DNA of 36,655 nucleotides, from positions 1-36,655 of the IMG/VR virus record IMGVR_UViG_3300030376_004478. The stretch is one strand, 5' to 3'. The DNA comes from a virus. Taxonomy: Duplodnaviria; Caudoviricetes. Made by a program: the position numbers and the translations under genes. This document shows positions 15,360-24,941 of this stretch, piece by piece. Under the pieces are notes generated by a model. It had not been told where the DNA came from, did not search any database, and was given only the letters and a program-made list of their open reading frames with translations. How positions within the stretch are numbered: the stretch's first letter is position 1; each line of letters begins with the position of its first letter.

Positions 15360-16692
15360 GAGAAGATTAGGAACAGGTCATTGGGACAGAAAACTCAAAG
15401 AAAAGTTAACTCGATATTCTGTTGCCGATAATTATGAAGAGGCAAAACTTGAATGGGTTGTAACTGGAAGAGTATTTTGGGGAAACCAAGATATTCCTTC
15501 ATGGGTTACACAAGCACATTCAGAAGTTAATCATTGTCTATGTGGTCATGTTTTAGTCTATCATTTTGAGATTCTTAATACTGAGAACGGTAATCGTGAA
15601 GTGGTTGGTTCAGAGCATGTAAATTCATACATGGTTTTAAAGCACTTATCTAATGAACTAAAAAGACCAATTGACGAGATATCTGATGAGGAAGTTGAAG
15701 AATGGATTAATGCCAAAATAACATCTATGAAAGCAAAAGCATGGATGGAGCAAAATGGCGAATACTTCAACACTATTCTTGAAGATGTTAAAGATATAGA
15801 TTTAAGAATTAATTACAAACCTCAATCGAGAGAAAGAGTTTGGAAGGTTGATAAAGAATCTAGAACTAAATATGGCACATACTTGAAAGGTGAATGGGTT
15901 TATCAATCCGCACCTATGAAAAGAGCCGTAGGAAAACAAACAGATAGACATTATCAAATGGCTTCAATTATTTGGAGATGGAATCATCCCAATAATCCGA
16001 AGGCTCAAGCAATAACAAGAGGATATCCTAATGATAGATTATGGTCTGATATGATTATCTTTCATACGTTTATAGATAATCACAGAAAACAAGTTGAAAG
16101 AGAAAATGAAGTTCTTAAATCTCTAACAGATAGACAATGTGAATCTTATCTTGAACAGTATAACCGTAGAGTCCAAGCCGATATTGATTGGGAAAAACGT
16201 CAAGAACAAAGAAGAGAACAAAGAATACAATATGACAAAGAACAGGCAATAATTAGAGAAAAACAAAGAATTCAAAATCTCAAAACTCAATACTTTAGAA
16301 GAAAAGAACTTAAACATGAAATAGAATTAAAATGTAGGCATTCTAAATTTTTAGATGTCTGTGAATATTATGGTTTAACTCCATATGATTCTACCTATGG
16401 TGTAAGTAATAGTGATAAAAATACTCTTCTTAGATTCATTGAGCATGTTCTAACAAGAGGACACGAATTAGATGTTAGTGAAGGAAGAAGAGTTTCACGA
16501 ATCTTAGAAAAGGGCCAACATATCCCATCTAAGTTGCTTAAGCAGTATTATCTTTACTTGACAGATAATGAATCTGAAGAAGAATTGAATAAACTAACCG
16601 AAGAGTTAGAAGCCAGTGGGTTCCAAGAACCCGAACTTCTTGAAATGATAGAAGTTGAACTAAAAAAACAGTCCAGCGGTAGCCCTGCTTAA
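15349..16692 (+). CDS. Hypothetical protein with N-terminal CLCGH metal-binding motif and coiled coil
   Basis: 447-aa ORF. Confidence 0.75.
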   Translation: MMVKRRLGTGHWDRKLKEKLTRYSVADNYEEAKLEWVVTGRVFWGNQDIPSWVTQAHSEVNHCLCGHVLVYHFEILNTENGNREVVGSEHVNSYMVLKHLSNELKRPIDEISDEEVEEWINAKITSMKAKAWMEQNGEYFNTILEDVKDIDLRINYKPQSRERVWKVDKESRTKYGTYLKGEWVYQSAPMKRAVGKQTDRHYQMASIIWRWNHPNNPKAQAITRGYPNDRLWSDMIIFHTFIDNHRKQVERENEVLKSLTDRQCESYLEQYNRRVQADIDWEKRQEQRREQRIQYDKEQAIIREKQRIQNLKTQYFRRKELKHEIELKCRHSKFLDVCEYYGLTPYDSTYGVSNSDKNTLLRFIEHVLTRGHELDVSEGRRVSRILEKGQHIPSKLLKQYYLYLTDNESEEELNKLTEELEASGFQEPELLEMIEVELKKQSSGSPA

Positions 16693-16732
16693 ATAGGGGT
16701 TATTGTATGACAAAAACAGGAGGAAAAAATAT

Positions 16733-16933
16733 ATGATAAAGTTGAATATAATGAATGATAGCGGCCACACATCCCTAACGCTTAATGCTGATGGGATTAT
16801 CGAGCAAATCGATAACCATCCTACCCATTGGGTATTGATTGAAGGAGAAGTAGTTTCGAGAGAAAACATTTCTCAAGTCAATTGGGATGATGTCGAATCA
16901 GTCGATTTGATGCCAGCCATTGTAGGTGGTTAA
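16733..16933 (+). CDS. Ubiquitin-like beta-grasp protein (ThiS/MoaD/SAMP-like) with C-terminal Gly-Gly
   Basis: 66 aa; MIKLNI first strand, WVLIEGEVV, ends VDLMPAIVGG; GGAGG SD. Confidence 0.8.
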   Translation: MIKLNIMNDSGHTSLTLNADGIIEQIDNHPTHWVLIEGEVVSRENISQVNWDDVESVDLMPAIVGG

Positions 16934-16944
16934 TCCTACATCGT

Positions 16945-16980
16945 GGGGGGAGGGATAAACTCCCTCTCCCCTTCTTTTTC
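16945..16980 (+). terminator. GGGGGAGGGA...TCCCTCTCCCC hairpin plus T-run
   Basis: Directly after the Ubl gene. Confidence 0.7.
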
Positions 16981-17029
16981 GCCGTAAAGTATGTTAAATA
17001 AAACATGCTGGAAATACATAGGTGAATAA

Positions 17030-17365
17030 TTGAAATATGAAAATCTAAAAAAAGTAGCCCTAAGTTACTTTACGGATTTCAGTAGTATTTCAAAAAAAAT
17101 ATTGAATAGAACAATTTCTATTTGTGACTCTCTTGATGATGAGTCAGACAAAATCTTTAGATTGAGAAATGCTCTAAATGATTGCCTTTGGGATATACCC
17201 GAAGCAGTAGAAGATGGATTTAGAGAATTCATCAATACAAAATTTAAGTTAAGGCTAGAAGCAATAACTTACCACGAATTAAATAGTGATGAATATGAAA
17301 GAAAAGAACCCCGAATTTACCAAAAGCCATTGGTCTTACAAAAACAGAATAGCCACAAAATGTAG
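17030..17365 (+). CDS. Hypothetical protein
   Basis: AGGTGA SD, TTG start. Confidence 0.6.
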   Translation: MKYENLKKVALSYFTDFSSISKKILNRTISICDSLDDESDKIFRLRNALNDCLWDIPEAVEDGFREFINTKFKLRLEAITYHELNSDEYERKEPRIYQKPLVLQKQNSHKM

Positions 17366-17462
17366 AATTTGTGGAGGCCAATTGCTTTTACCCGAAGAGA
17401 TGCAACAGCAGTATCATACTGCTTGTGCTGAAAAGATTGAAGATAATACATACTCGATGTGA
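17289..17462 (+). CDS. 57-aa Zn-finger microprotein (CRIC...HTAC)
   Basis: Manual translation; stop overlaps the next start, but the 5' end overlaps the upstream ORF. Confidence 0.55.
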   Translation: MNMKEKNPEFTKSHWSYKNRIATKCRICGGQLLLPEEMQQQYHTACAEKIEDNTYSM

Positions 17463-18649
17463 TAATAATGTTAAGAGAAATAAGAATTAAAAAACCAGAT
17501 GACTCAAATGATTACTATGCCCCTGTTCTGTTTAGATTACAGAAGATGAGGCAAGAAGATAATAGATTAACTGGGTCAACAACTAATAGTATATCTGCAC
17601 ACATAACTTATGATAGGTCTAAGAAAGACCCTATTCATGATGCCATAACCAAATGGTGTTATGGTATTTTTAAAAATCGTGCATCTTATGAAACTAATCC
17701 TACTTGGGTTCTTACAATAGAAGAATGCCCATTTGTGATTTCTAAGAAATCTGGAAAATATGATGTTCAAGGGCAAAAACTAGGACTAAAAGAACTATCT
17801 TCTACATTTGCTAGAATAATATACAAAGCGGTTTTTGAAAAAGACGCTTCAAAATTATTTTCGCATTTTTATTCAGTATTATCAATACCTGAAGAAGTCA
17901 AATATTGTCTTCAAAATAAAGTCCCATTCCATTATTTTAAGGATTTTACTAAAATAGACGTAAGATTAAACATTGAGCAGATAGGTGAATCAGAAGTAGC
18001 CATTGAAGTATCTGACAACATATGGGGCAATCTTTCTTTTCAAGAACTTAAGATGTATTGCAATTTTTATCTTCATAATAATAAAAGAAGTAAAAATTGG
18101 GCTTATTTGTCTCCTAGAAAACTCTATGAAAGATTAGTTGGTAAAGAATTGAGCGATAGTAGCCTACAAGTCATGATGGCTTTTCTAGAACAAAATAGAA
18201 CTTCTAAAATGATTGAAGATAGAGCAAATGAACTTCTTTTAGAGTTAGTTAAGAGATTTCCTACTAAACTGAAATTAGGTAAAACAGAAACAGGTTTGAC
18301 CTACATGAATGTAAGAGGCAAGGGATATGATTGGCGAATTGTAGAAAGAAGTGGACATAGGCAATCAGCAATCCAAAAAGTATCTTCATTTGTTTATCAA
18401 CCAAAAGAGAAAATAATGGTCGATGAAGAAACGGGTGAAAGCATAAATTATGTAGAAGGAACTTGGTCTGGCCCAATATGTATTGATAATATGGCTACTG
18501 GTTCTTCTTTGGGCGACCAAATTGCTACAAGAGCATTGACATTTATGAATGATGATAAAGCAGTTAAAATGGTCGGGACTTTGAAGAGTTATCTTAAAGA
18601 TGTTCCTGATAAATGGAGATTTAAATATCTATTTTCAGATAATAAGTGA
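17459..18649 (+). CDS. Hypothetical protein; C-terminal domain with GPICID Cys motif (candidate E2-like)
   Basis: ORF is clear; function rests only on context and a Cys motif. Confidence 0.6.
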   Translation: MIIMLREIRIKKPDDSNDYYAPVLFRLQKMRQEDNRLTGSTTNSISAHITYDRSKKDPIHDAITKWCYGIFKNRASYETNPTWVLTIEECPFVISKKSGKYDVQGQKLGLKELSSTFARIIYKAVFEKDASKLFSHFYSVLSIPEEVKYCLQNKVPFHYFKDFTKIDVRLNIEQIGESEVAIEVSDNIWGNLSFQELKMYCNFYLHNNKRSKNWAYLSPRKLYERLVGKELSDSSLQVMMAFLEQNRTSKMIEDRANELLLELVKRFPTKLKLGKTETGLTYMNVRGKGYDWRIVERSGHRQSAIQKVSSFVYQPKEKIMVDEETGESINYVEGTWSGPICIDNMATGSSLGDQIATRALTFMNDDKAVKMVGTLKSYLKDVPDKWRFKYLFSDNK

Positions 18650-19500
18650 TTAAAATGAAATGTATAGAGTGCGGAAGTCTTGTTTTCAATTTTGATGAAA
18701 GGATAGGAGAAACTGCTTGTTCTGAGTGCGGATTAATTAGCATAACAGAACCTTTTGAGACATCCTACACTCATGATTTTGAAAACAATTGGATAAGGTC
18801 TAGAGATACCCATATTGGGACAGAATCAAGACCTAGACATATACTTAGAGGATTAGCAACTTGTAATATGGTTCTATCTAGTGTTGTTGGTAATTCAATG
18901 CTAAAAGAAAGAATCGAAGAATATTATATTTCTTTGGCTAGAAAAGGAGTATTCAGACACACTACCATAGAAAATAGAGCAACTGCTCTAGTGTATTATG
19001 TTTTGAAAGAAAACAGAACTCCTATTTCTTTGAAGAAAATATGTGCTGAGTTCTCTTGTAGAATAAAATCAGTGAATAAGATAATTAGAAAAATAGTCTT
19101 ACAGTTCGGTAATAAGGAATTTTATTCCGATGAAGACCCAAGATATATGATTAAGATGATATCAAGTCAAGTGACTTCAGATATATCATATATCTCTAGA
19201 TGTCTAGAAACTGCTGAGTTTTTTGAGATGGTGTTAAAAGAAAACACTTTCAATAAGACGGCATCATATTATCCTTCTATATGTTGGATAACGTCAAACT
19301 TGTTTGTGCATACACAAATAACACAGAGTTTGATTTCAGAAAAAACGAATGTTAACAGAAGTAACATAAGAGAAACAACGAAGAAAATCCTCTCGTTGAT
19401 TGGTAAAAAGAATGTAACAGAAATAAGAGGTAAAGAAATTAGTGAATTAGTGGTGAGTAAAAGTGAAAATGAAAGATATAATAAATACGGAGAATCATAG
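18646..19500 (+). CDS. tfb: Transcription initiation factor IIB (TFB)-like protein
   Basis: N-terminal Zn ribbon CIECGS...GETACSECGLI followed by cyclin-repeat-like helices. Confidence 0.85.
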   Translation: MIKMKCIECGSLVFNFDERIGETACSECGLISITEPFETSYTHDFENNWIRSRDTHIGTESRPRHILRGLATCNMVLSSVVGNSMLKERIEEYYISLARKGVFRHTTIENRATALVYYVLKENRTPISLKKICAEFSCRIKSVNKIIRKIVLQFGNKEFYSDEDPRYMIKMISSQVTSDISYISRCLETAEFFEMVLKENTFNKTASYYPSICWITSNLFVHTQITQSLISEKTNVNRSNIRETTKKILSLIGKKNVTEIRGKEISELVVSKSENERYNKYGES

Positions 19501-19633
19501 GTTTTGGAAAAGTGATTTCCTAAACCGTGATGTAGAATTTGAGAACAGAAGAAGAGAGATTGCAAAATCATTGAATGGGAAACCATACGATGTTTATCTT
19601 AAATCTCTAAAATTAGCAAAGGTGATTGAATGA
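19469..19633 (+). CDS. 54-aa hypothetical protein
   Basis: Manual translation; GGTGA upstream. Confidence 0.45.
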   Translation: MKDIINTENHRFWKSDFLNRDVEFENRRREIAKSLNGKPYDVYLKSLKLAKVIE

Positions 19634-19761
19634 ATGTTAGAAAATTAAAATGTAAAAACGGACATACGAAATTAGCAGCGCATATAATTGACGAGGAAGA
19701 AAATTGGGTAGAAGTCTACTGCCCTACTTGTTATCGCACTGTTTGGTATAATGGAGCATGA
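19630..19761 (+). CDS. 43-aa Zn-finger microprotein (CKNGH...CPTC)
   Basis: AGGTGA SD; manual translation. Confidence 0.6.
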   Translation: MNVRKLKCKNGHTKLAAHIIDEEENWVEVYCPTCYRTVWYNGA

Positions 19762-19765
19762 TTGA

Positions 19766-20404
19766 ATGAATATATTTGCATTATCAAAAGAACCAGTTGA
19801 ATCAGCACAACAAATGATAGATAAACACGTAGTTAAAATGCCAACGGAAAGTTGTCAAATGCTACATACTAATATCCTTTACATGCAATATATTCAAGAA
19901 CATAATAGAGAGCCAAAATTGAGAGAACTCAAAGCATTTCATAAAGAAATGAATTCAAATCTAATGAAGCCAGCCATGTTGAATCATCCCTCAACTATTT
20001 GGGCAAGACAATCTATTGCCAACTTTCATTGGCTATACCAACACAGTATTGCTCTTTGTGAGGAATTTACTTTTAGATATGATAAAAGACATGGTACACA
20101 TGATAGAATCATAGAAGGAATGCGTGTAAAATACGATGTTGATTACACGTTTCCAGTTACAGGTTTGACTCCTGTAAGTATTGCTATGGCAGATGAATAC
20201 AGATTACCTCCAAAGAAACATTCTTGGGAGTTTGTAATTGATTCATATCGTCATTACTACCTTGAAGGCAAATGGAAGTTTGCTTCATGGAAAAACAACA
20301 GAATGCCTCAATGGTGGCCTAAAGACCATTACAAAAACAAATATAACGAAGAAATATTAAATTATAATAAAACATTTAATGCAAATTTAGCGGTGATAAC
20401 ATGA
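19766..20404 (+). CDS. Pyrimidine-dimer DNA glycosylase/endonuclease V family protein
   Basis: MNIF.L...DKHVVKM..E..QML, NHPSTIW, YRHYY motifs. Confidence 0.8.
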   Translation: MNIFALSKEPVESAQQMIDKHVVKMPTESCQMLHTNILYMQYIQEHNREPKLRELKAFHKEMNSNLMKPAMLNHPSTIWARQSIANFHWLYQHSIALCEEFTFRYDKRHGTHDRIIEGMRVKYDVDYTFPVTGLTPVSIAMADEYRLPPKKHSWEFVIDSYRHYYLEGKWKFASWKNNRMPQWWPKDHYKNKYNEEILNYNKTFNANLAVIT

Positions 20405-20961
20405 GAAAAATATTAATTATTGGAGTAGGAGGGATTGGTTCATTTTTGACCCAGTTCCTAGATAAAGTCGGACTGTATGAAATACATTTAGCAGACCCCG
20501 ATATTGTAGAGACTAAGAACCTAACATATCAGAATTACAATGACTGGAATGTTGGAGAAACAAAAGTTTCTGTTATGAACAAAAGATACGAATCAGTGAA
20601 GTCTGTAAGTAAATACAAGATATTGACAGATTCTCAAATACAAGGATATGATTTAGTTATATCTTGTGTAGATAACTTGGCTCTTAGAAGAATGCTTTAT
20701 GATAGCAATATCAAATGGCTTGATTTGAGAGCGCAAGGTAGGAATTCTGCTTTGATTTCTTACATGGCTCCTAAAGAAATGTATAGTTCAGTTCTTTCGG
20801 GGCCGGAGGGTTCATTTAGTTGTCAAGGTGAGAATTGGGATGGAGGAAACACCAGCGTTCATTTCATGCAAGTAGCAGTAGCAGGTTTAGGTTCTCAGTG
20901 GATTCAAAGATGGTTTGAAGATAAAAGTAAAGTGAAAGATTACATGGTGGTGAACCTTTAA
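20401..20961 (+). CDS. ThiF/MoeB/E1-family adenylyltransferase
   Basis: IIGVGGIGS, DPDIVETKNL.YQ, VGETKV, ISCVDN..R, WLD, FSCQ. Confidence 0.88.
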   Translation: MRKILIIGVGGIGSFLTQFLDKVGLYEIHLADPDIVETKNLTYQNYNDWNVGETKVSVMNKRYESVKSVSKYKILTDSQIQGYDLVISCVDNLALRRMLYDSNIKWLDLRAQGRNSALISYMAPKEMYSSVLSGPEGSFSCQGENWDGGNTSVHFMQVAVAGLGSQWIQRWFEDKSKVKDYMVVNL

Positions 20962-21641
20962 TGCAAAAGTCTACGTTTAAGCAAAAGAAGTTTCTTGCAA
21001 GTCTTATACAAGATTCTGAAAAACCAGATAAAAGGTTAATACAGAAAGTATTTGATAATAAATATTCTAAGTCAGAAGTAGATAAAATGATTAAAGAGTA
21101 TATGACAAACTCAAACTTTACCTTGAGAAGCACGAACAGATGGACTAATAATGAGGTAGAAATACTTCTTAATAATTTTAGAATATGTTCTGCTCAAGAA
21201 ATGGAAAAACTACTACCAAAAAGAACATATCGTTCTATGCACTCAAAATATTATAGATTAGTAGGGACAGAAATAGATGTCCCTCCTACTAAGCAAAAAG
21301 GTAAAAGAAAGAAAGTAAAGGTAACTGAGAATATCAGAGTTAACCAAGACACTGAATTTGAAATATTAGTTTCTTTCTATGAGTTACCCATAGATGAGTT
21401 GAGAGAGAAATTCAACATGAAATTTTGGGAAATTGCTAGGATTATGGAATCAATTAATGATTTAACAGAGCCACACCACTCTTCGCTTCTCCTAGCGGCT
21501 TCTAGATACAAAAATAGCCAAAAACAAACAGAACCCCTAGCGACTAAAGAAAGTCGCAAGGAGGCTAAAAGAAAGCGAAAAATGGAAAAGAAAAAGGCTA
21601 AGTTAGAAAAACAACTTTTACAATTACAGGAGGAAAATTAA
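20961..21641 (+). CDS. Basic protein with Myb/SANT-like HTH segment
   Basis: RWTNNEVEILL...LPKRTYRSMHSKYYRL. Confidence 0.6.
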   Translation: MQKSTFKQKKFLASLIQDSEKPDKRLIQKVFDNKYSKSEVDKMIKEYMTNSNFTLRSTNRWTNNEVEILLNNFRICSAQEMEKLLPKRTYRSMHSKYYRLVGTEIDVPPTKQKGKRKKVKVTENIRVNQDTEFEILVSFYELPIDELREKFNMKFWEIARIMESINDLTEPHHSSLLLAASRYKNSQKQTEPLATKESRKEAKRKRKMEKKKAKLEKQLLQLQEEN

Positions 21642-22202
21642 ATGGGAAAAAATTTAACGGCAGATATATGTGATATTTGTGGAGGAATGATGTATTATGG
21701 AGGAGAATGTGTTGAGTGTTTTGAGGAACCTCAAATGGATATTGGTAAATCAAGAGAATTCGCAATGCAGTATATTCACCATCATTATAATATGATTAAG
21801 AAAAATAATCTAAACTTTACAAATATCTTTGAACATATTTGGTATGCTTCAACTGAGATTCTTCCTAACTTAGAAATTCAAGTCGTTCTTGATGCAAGTG
21901 AAGAAATACATGTTTCAACAGGTTCAGCAGGATATGTTGATTTTCAATTTAGTCCAGCAGGAATGAAATTACCTGTAATGTGTTGGATTCACACACATCC
22001 ATTTGGCTCCGCTTATTTTAGCGGAACAGATTGGAGAACCGTAAATACTTGGCAAAAGTATATGTTAACTGCTTTTGTTCTTGGCGGTAAGAATCATTAT
22101 GGTTTTTGGGAAAACCATAGGCCAGAAAGACTCTTGATTGTTGAAAAGAACTCTTCAATCAGAGAACAATTAAACCCTAGAATGAGGAGGGAAGAGGAAT
22201 GA
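21642..22202 (+). CDS. JAB/MPN+ (JAMM) metallo-isopeptidase with N-terminal Zn ribbon
   Basis: LEIQVV (Glu), WIHTHPFGSAYFSGTD = HxH-x7-S-x2-D; CDIC...CVEC. Confidence 0.85.
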   Translation: MGKNLTADICDICGGMMYYGGECVECFEEPQMDIGKSREFAMQYIHHHYNMIKKNNLNFTNIFEHIWYASTEILPNLEIQVVLDASEEIHVSTGSAGYVDFQFSPAGMKLPVMCWIHTHPFGSAYFSGTDWRTVNTWQKYMLTAFVLGGKNHYGFWENHRPERLLIVEKNSSIREQLNPRMRREEE

Positions 22203-22441
22203 AACCAATTGGAGAATATATAGCAATAGACATAAGTAAGAAATATACATCGGGAGGAATTATTACTTCTATCGATAACGAAGGAGTGGTGATTTCAATC
22301 GGTAAATTAGTTAGTGATGAAATACAAGTTGGAGATAAAATACTCTATAAATGTAGAGGAGAACCACCAGTATATGATAACTATTTATTTTTGAAAGAAA
22401 GTGAAGTAATATGTGTATTAGGAAGTGATGAAAGTGAATGA
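22199..22441 (+). CDS. groES: Co-chaperonin GroES (Cpn10)
   Basis: MKPIGEY, TSGGII, GVVISIG, IQVGDKILY, LKESEVICVL. Confidence 0.85.
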   Translation: MKPIGEYIAIDISKKYTSGGIITSIDNEGVVISIGKLVSDEIQVGDKILYKCRGEPPVYDNYLFLKESEVICVLGSDESE

Positions 22442-22655
22442 TATAGAAAGATATGAAGATATGTTGTTAGGGATGTTAGACCTAACAGAAAACAGTGATG
22501 CGATTGTTGAGGATTTTGAAGATAGGTTTCTTCAAGGAGAACTGCTATTTTTGGTTAATATAATCAGAATGATGTTAGATTCTATTCCTGAAAAGAAGCA
22601 AGCCTACGATATTTGGAAGGGTCTTCAAACAAGATTAGTTGAGGATAGTGATTAA
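22425..22655 (+). CDS. Acidic hypothetical protein
   Basis: ORF in operon. Confidence 0.6.
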   Translation: MMKVNDIERYEDMLLGMLDLTENSDAIVEDFEDRFLQGELLFLVNIIRMMLDSIPEKKQAYDIWKGLQTRLVEDSD

Positions 22656-22805
22656 ATGTGTGCTAACTGTAATTCACGTAAGGTTAAACACATTGCTATG
22701 ACGGCAGTAGGCGAAAGAGCATTTTGCTCAGAAAGTTGCTATGCAAAATATATTGGATTACCAGTTAAAGAAGAAGGATATTATGGATTAGAGGAATTAA
22801 AATGA
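22656..22805 (+). CDS. 49-aa FCS/TRASH-type Zn finger (CANC...FCSESC)
   Basis: Manual translation; ATGA overlap with groEL. Confidence 0.65.
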   Translation: MCANCNSRKVKHIAMTAVGERAFCSESCYAKYIGLPVKEEGYYGLEELK

Positions 22806-24307
22806 TTATAAAAGGAAATAAATTAAAAGAAAAATTATTACAAGGAATAAATTTAGTGGCTGATACGGTTAAACCCACACTTGGCCCACAAGCAAGAACA
22901 GTTATTTTACAGGGTAATCCCCCTGTTGTTATTAATGACGGTGTTACTATTACAAAATACATAACACATGAAGACCCTTATGTTCAAATGGGTATTCAAT
23001 TAGTTCAGAATTTAGCAGCAAAGGCTCAAGATAATTCTGGCGATGGAACTACTACTGCTTGTGTATTAGCACAGGCTCTTTGTAACAGTATTTACAATGC
23101 TACAATTACTTCTCACTTGGAGGCTAAAAAACAACTAGAACAATTACAAGAAGAAGTTCTAAAGTTTTTAGATGACTTAGCAGAAGAGGTTCAAGATAAA
23201 GACATTATTAACGTAGCCACCATTGCAGCAAATAACGATTCTAGATTAGGTTCTTTTATTGCTGAGGCTTTTGAAAAGGTTGGAAGAGATGGTATTATTA
23301 CTGTTGAAGAATCAAGGACTCATAACACTTCTTTGGAAGTTAAAGAGGGATTGCAGTTTGATGAGGGTTTCTTAACTCATCTTATGTCAAACAATGAAGA
23401 TGGTAAAACTTACTTTGATTCACCACTTATCTTTTCATCGAATATGATATTCAATAACTTTCAACCACTTCTCCCTATGTTAGAATATGCTAATTCTAAA
23501 TCAAAACCATTGATTATTATTTGTAGAGGAATGGAAGGGCCAGCCCTAAACAATATTATTGCTAATGTAATAAATAAAACAATCCAAGTTGCAGTAGTTA
23601 CCGCACCTAACTTTGGTGATGCTCAAATTGATGAACTTGGTGATATTGTTTCAAGTGTTGGAGGGAAATTATTTCTTTCTGAAAACAAAGAAAACATCGG
23701 TGAGATTAGCGTAGAAGATTTTGGTCATTGTGAAAAAGCAATCATTACAAAAGATGATACAACATTTATTGGTTCTACTGGCGATACCTCAAATAAAATC
23801 AGTGCATTAAAGGAAACAATAAAAGATGCTAAGGATAAGTATTTGAAAATGAGAGCAAAGAAAAGACTTGCTAGATTAACTGGCGGTATTGCTACCATTA
23901 GAGTAGGTGCTGGCTCTCAAATTGAAATGAGAGAAACCAAAGAAAGATTAGATGATGCTTTGAATGCTACAAAAGCCGCACTTCATGGCGGTGTTATTGT
24001 TGGTGGAGGTATGGCACTATTGAATGCTAATGCTCATATTCATGAGAATGTTCCAACATGCGCTTATTGGTCGAGTTCATTATTGACTCCAATAGGTGTA
24101 TTGTTTAATAATAGTGAAATCAATCTTTTACAATTAGACAATTGTAAAGGAGAAGTGGGCCTAAATGCAAAGACAAATGAATTTGTTAATCTTAAAGAAG
24201 CAGGAGTTATCGACCCTGTAATTGTGGTTAAGAATAGTTTCAATGCGGCAGTATCAATTGCCAAACTGTTTCTTTCAACAGATTCAGCAGTATTATTGGA
24301 GGAATGA
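22802..24307 (+). CDS. groEL: Group I chaperonin GroEL (Cpn60)
   Basis: TLGP, INDGVT, GDGTTT, KERLDDAL.AT.AA, GGG, GVIDP; no GGM tail. Confidence 0.95.
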   Translation: MIIKGNKLKEKLLQGINLVADTVKPTLGPQARTVILQGNPPVVINDGVTITKYITHEDPYVQMGIQLVQNLAAKAQDNSGDGTTTACVLAQALCNSIYNATITSHLEAKKQLEQLQEEVLKFLDDLAEEVQDKDIINVATIAANNDSRLGSFIAEAFEKVGRDGIITVEESRTHNTSLEVKEGLQFDEGFLTHLMSNNEDGKTYFDSPLIFSSNMIFNNFQPLLPMLEYANSKSKPLIIICRGMEGPALNNIIANVINKTIQVAVVTAPNFGDAQIDELGDIVSSVGGKLFLSENKENIGEISVEDFGHCEKAIITKDDTTFIGSTGDTSNKISALKETIKDAKDKYLKMRAKKRLARLTGGIATIRVGAGSQIEMRETKERLDDALNATKAALHGGVIVGGGMALLNANAHIHENVPTCAYWSSSLLTPIGVLFNNSEINLLQLDNCKGEVGLNAKTNEFVNLKEAGVIDPVIVVKNSFNAAVSIAKLFLSTDSAVLLEE

Positions 24308-24417
24308 AGATGAGGACACTTTCTAAATTAATTTCTGGAACCAAAGCAGAAAAGGTAGTCCTATACACTTTTATTTGTTTATTAGGCACTATTGTTTTGA
24401 TAAGTGCATTTAGGTGA
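24304..24417 (+). CDS. 37-aa putative membrane peptide
   Basis: Hydrophobic C-terminal stretch; manual translation. Confidence 0.5.
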   Translation: MKMRTLSKLISGTKAEKVVLYTFICLLGTIVLISAFR

Positions 24418-24421
24418 TAAT

Positions 24422-24535
24422 ATGTTTGATGATAAAACAATAGTAAGAATGACGATAGTTTATGAAGATGGTAGCATTACTATCCTAAAGAAAAATAAAG
24501 ATGGAGCGATGAGCGTTGAAAGGAGAGAGGTATAA
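24422..24535 (+). CDS. 37-aa hypothetical protein
   Basis: AGGTGA SD; manual translation. Confidence 0.55.
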   Translation: MFDDKTIVRMTIVYEDGSITILKKNKDGAMSVERREV

Positions 24536-24536
24536 T

Positions 24537-24941
24537 ATGGCCGATAAAAAAACAGCAGTTACCGTTACGCTTCCAGCCCCACACAAAGCAAAAATAAAAT
24601 GTCCTATTTGTAAAGGAAATAAATGTGTTGTCTGTAAAATGACTGGTAATTTAGAAATAGGCGTTGCGCCTAAAATACCAATACAAAGAGCGCACATCAT
24701 AAAATATGTTGTAGATAACATGCATGATGTTGCTAAAGAGATAACAAAAACATATGGATTAGTTCCAGATATCAACACAATAGAAGTCTTAGAAGTAAAT
24801 GAAGGACAATATGAAATTGTTCAAGTTTCTTCTTTAGGCGGAGCCTGTTGGGTTGTGAGCCGATTAGATAAAGTTGATGCTCCTAGATATTTTACTTCAA
24901 GAAAAGAATTGGAGAAATTTAAACAGGGGTGGATAAATTGA
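24537..24941 (+). CDS. Zn-finger protein (CPICKG..CVVC..TG)
   Basis: GAGGT SD before ATG 24537. Confidence 0.7.
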   Translation: MADKKTAVTVTLPAPHKAKIKCPICKGNKCVVCKMTGNLEIGVAPKIPIQRAHIIKYVVDNMHDVAKEITKTYGLVPDINTIEVLEVNEGQYEIVQVSSLGGACWVVSRLDKVDAPRYFTSRKELEKFKQGWIN

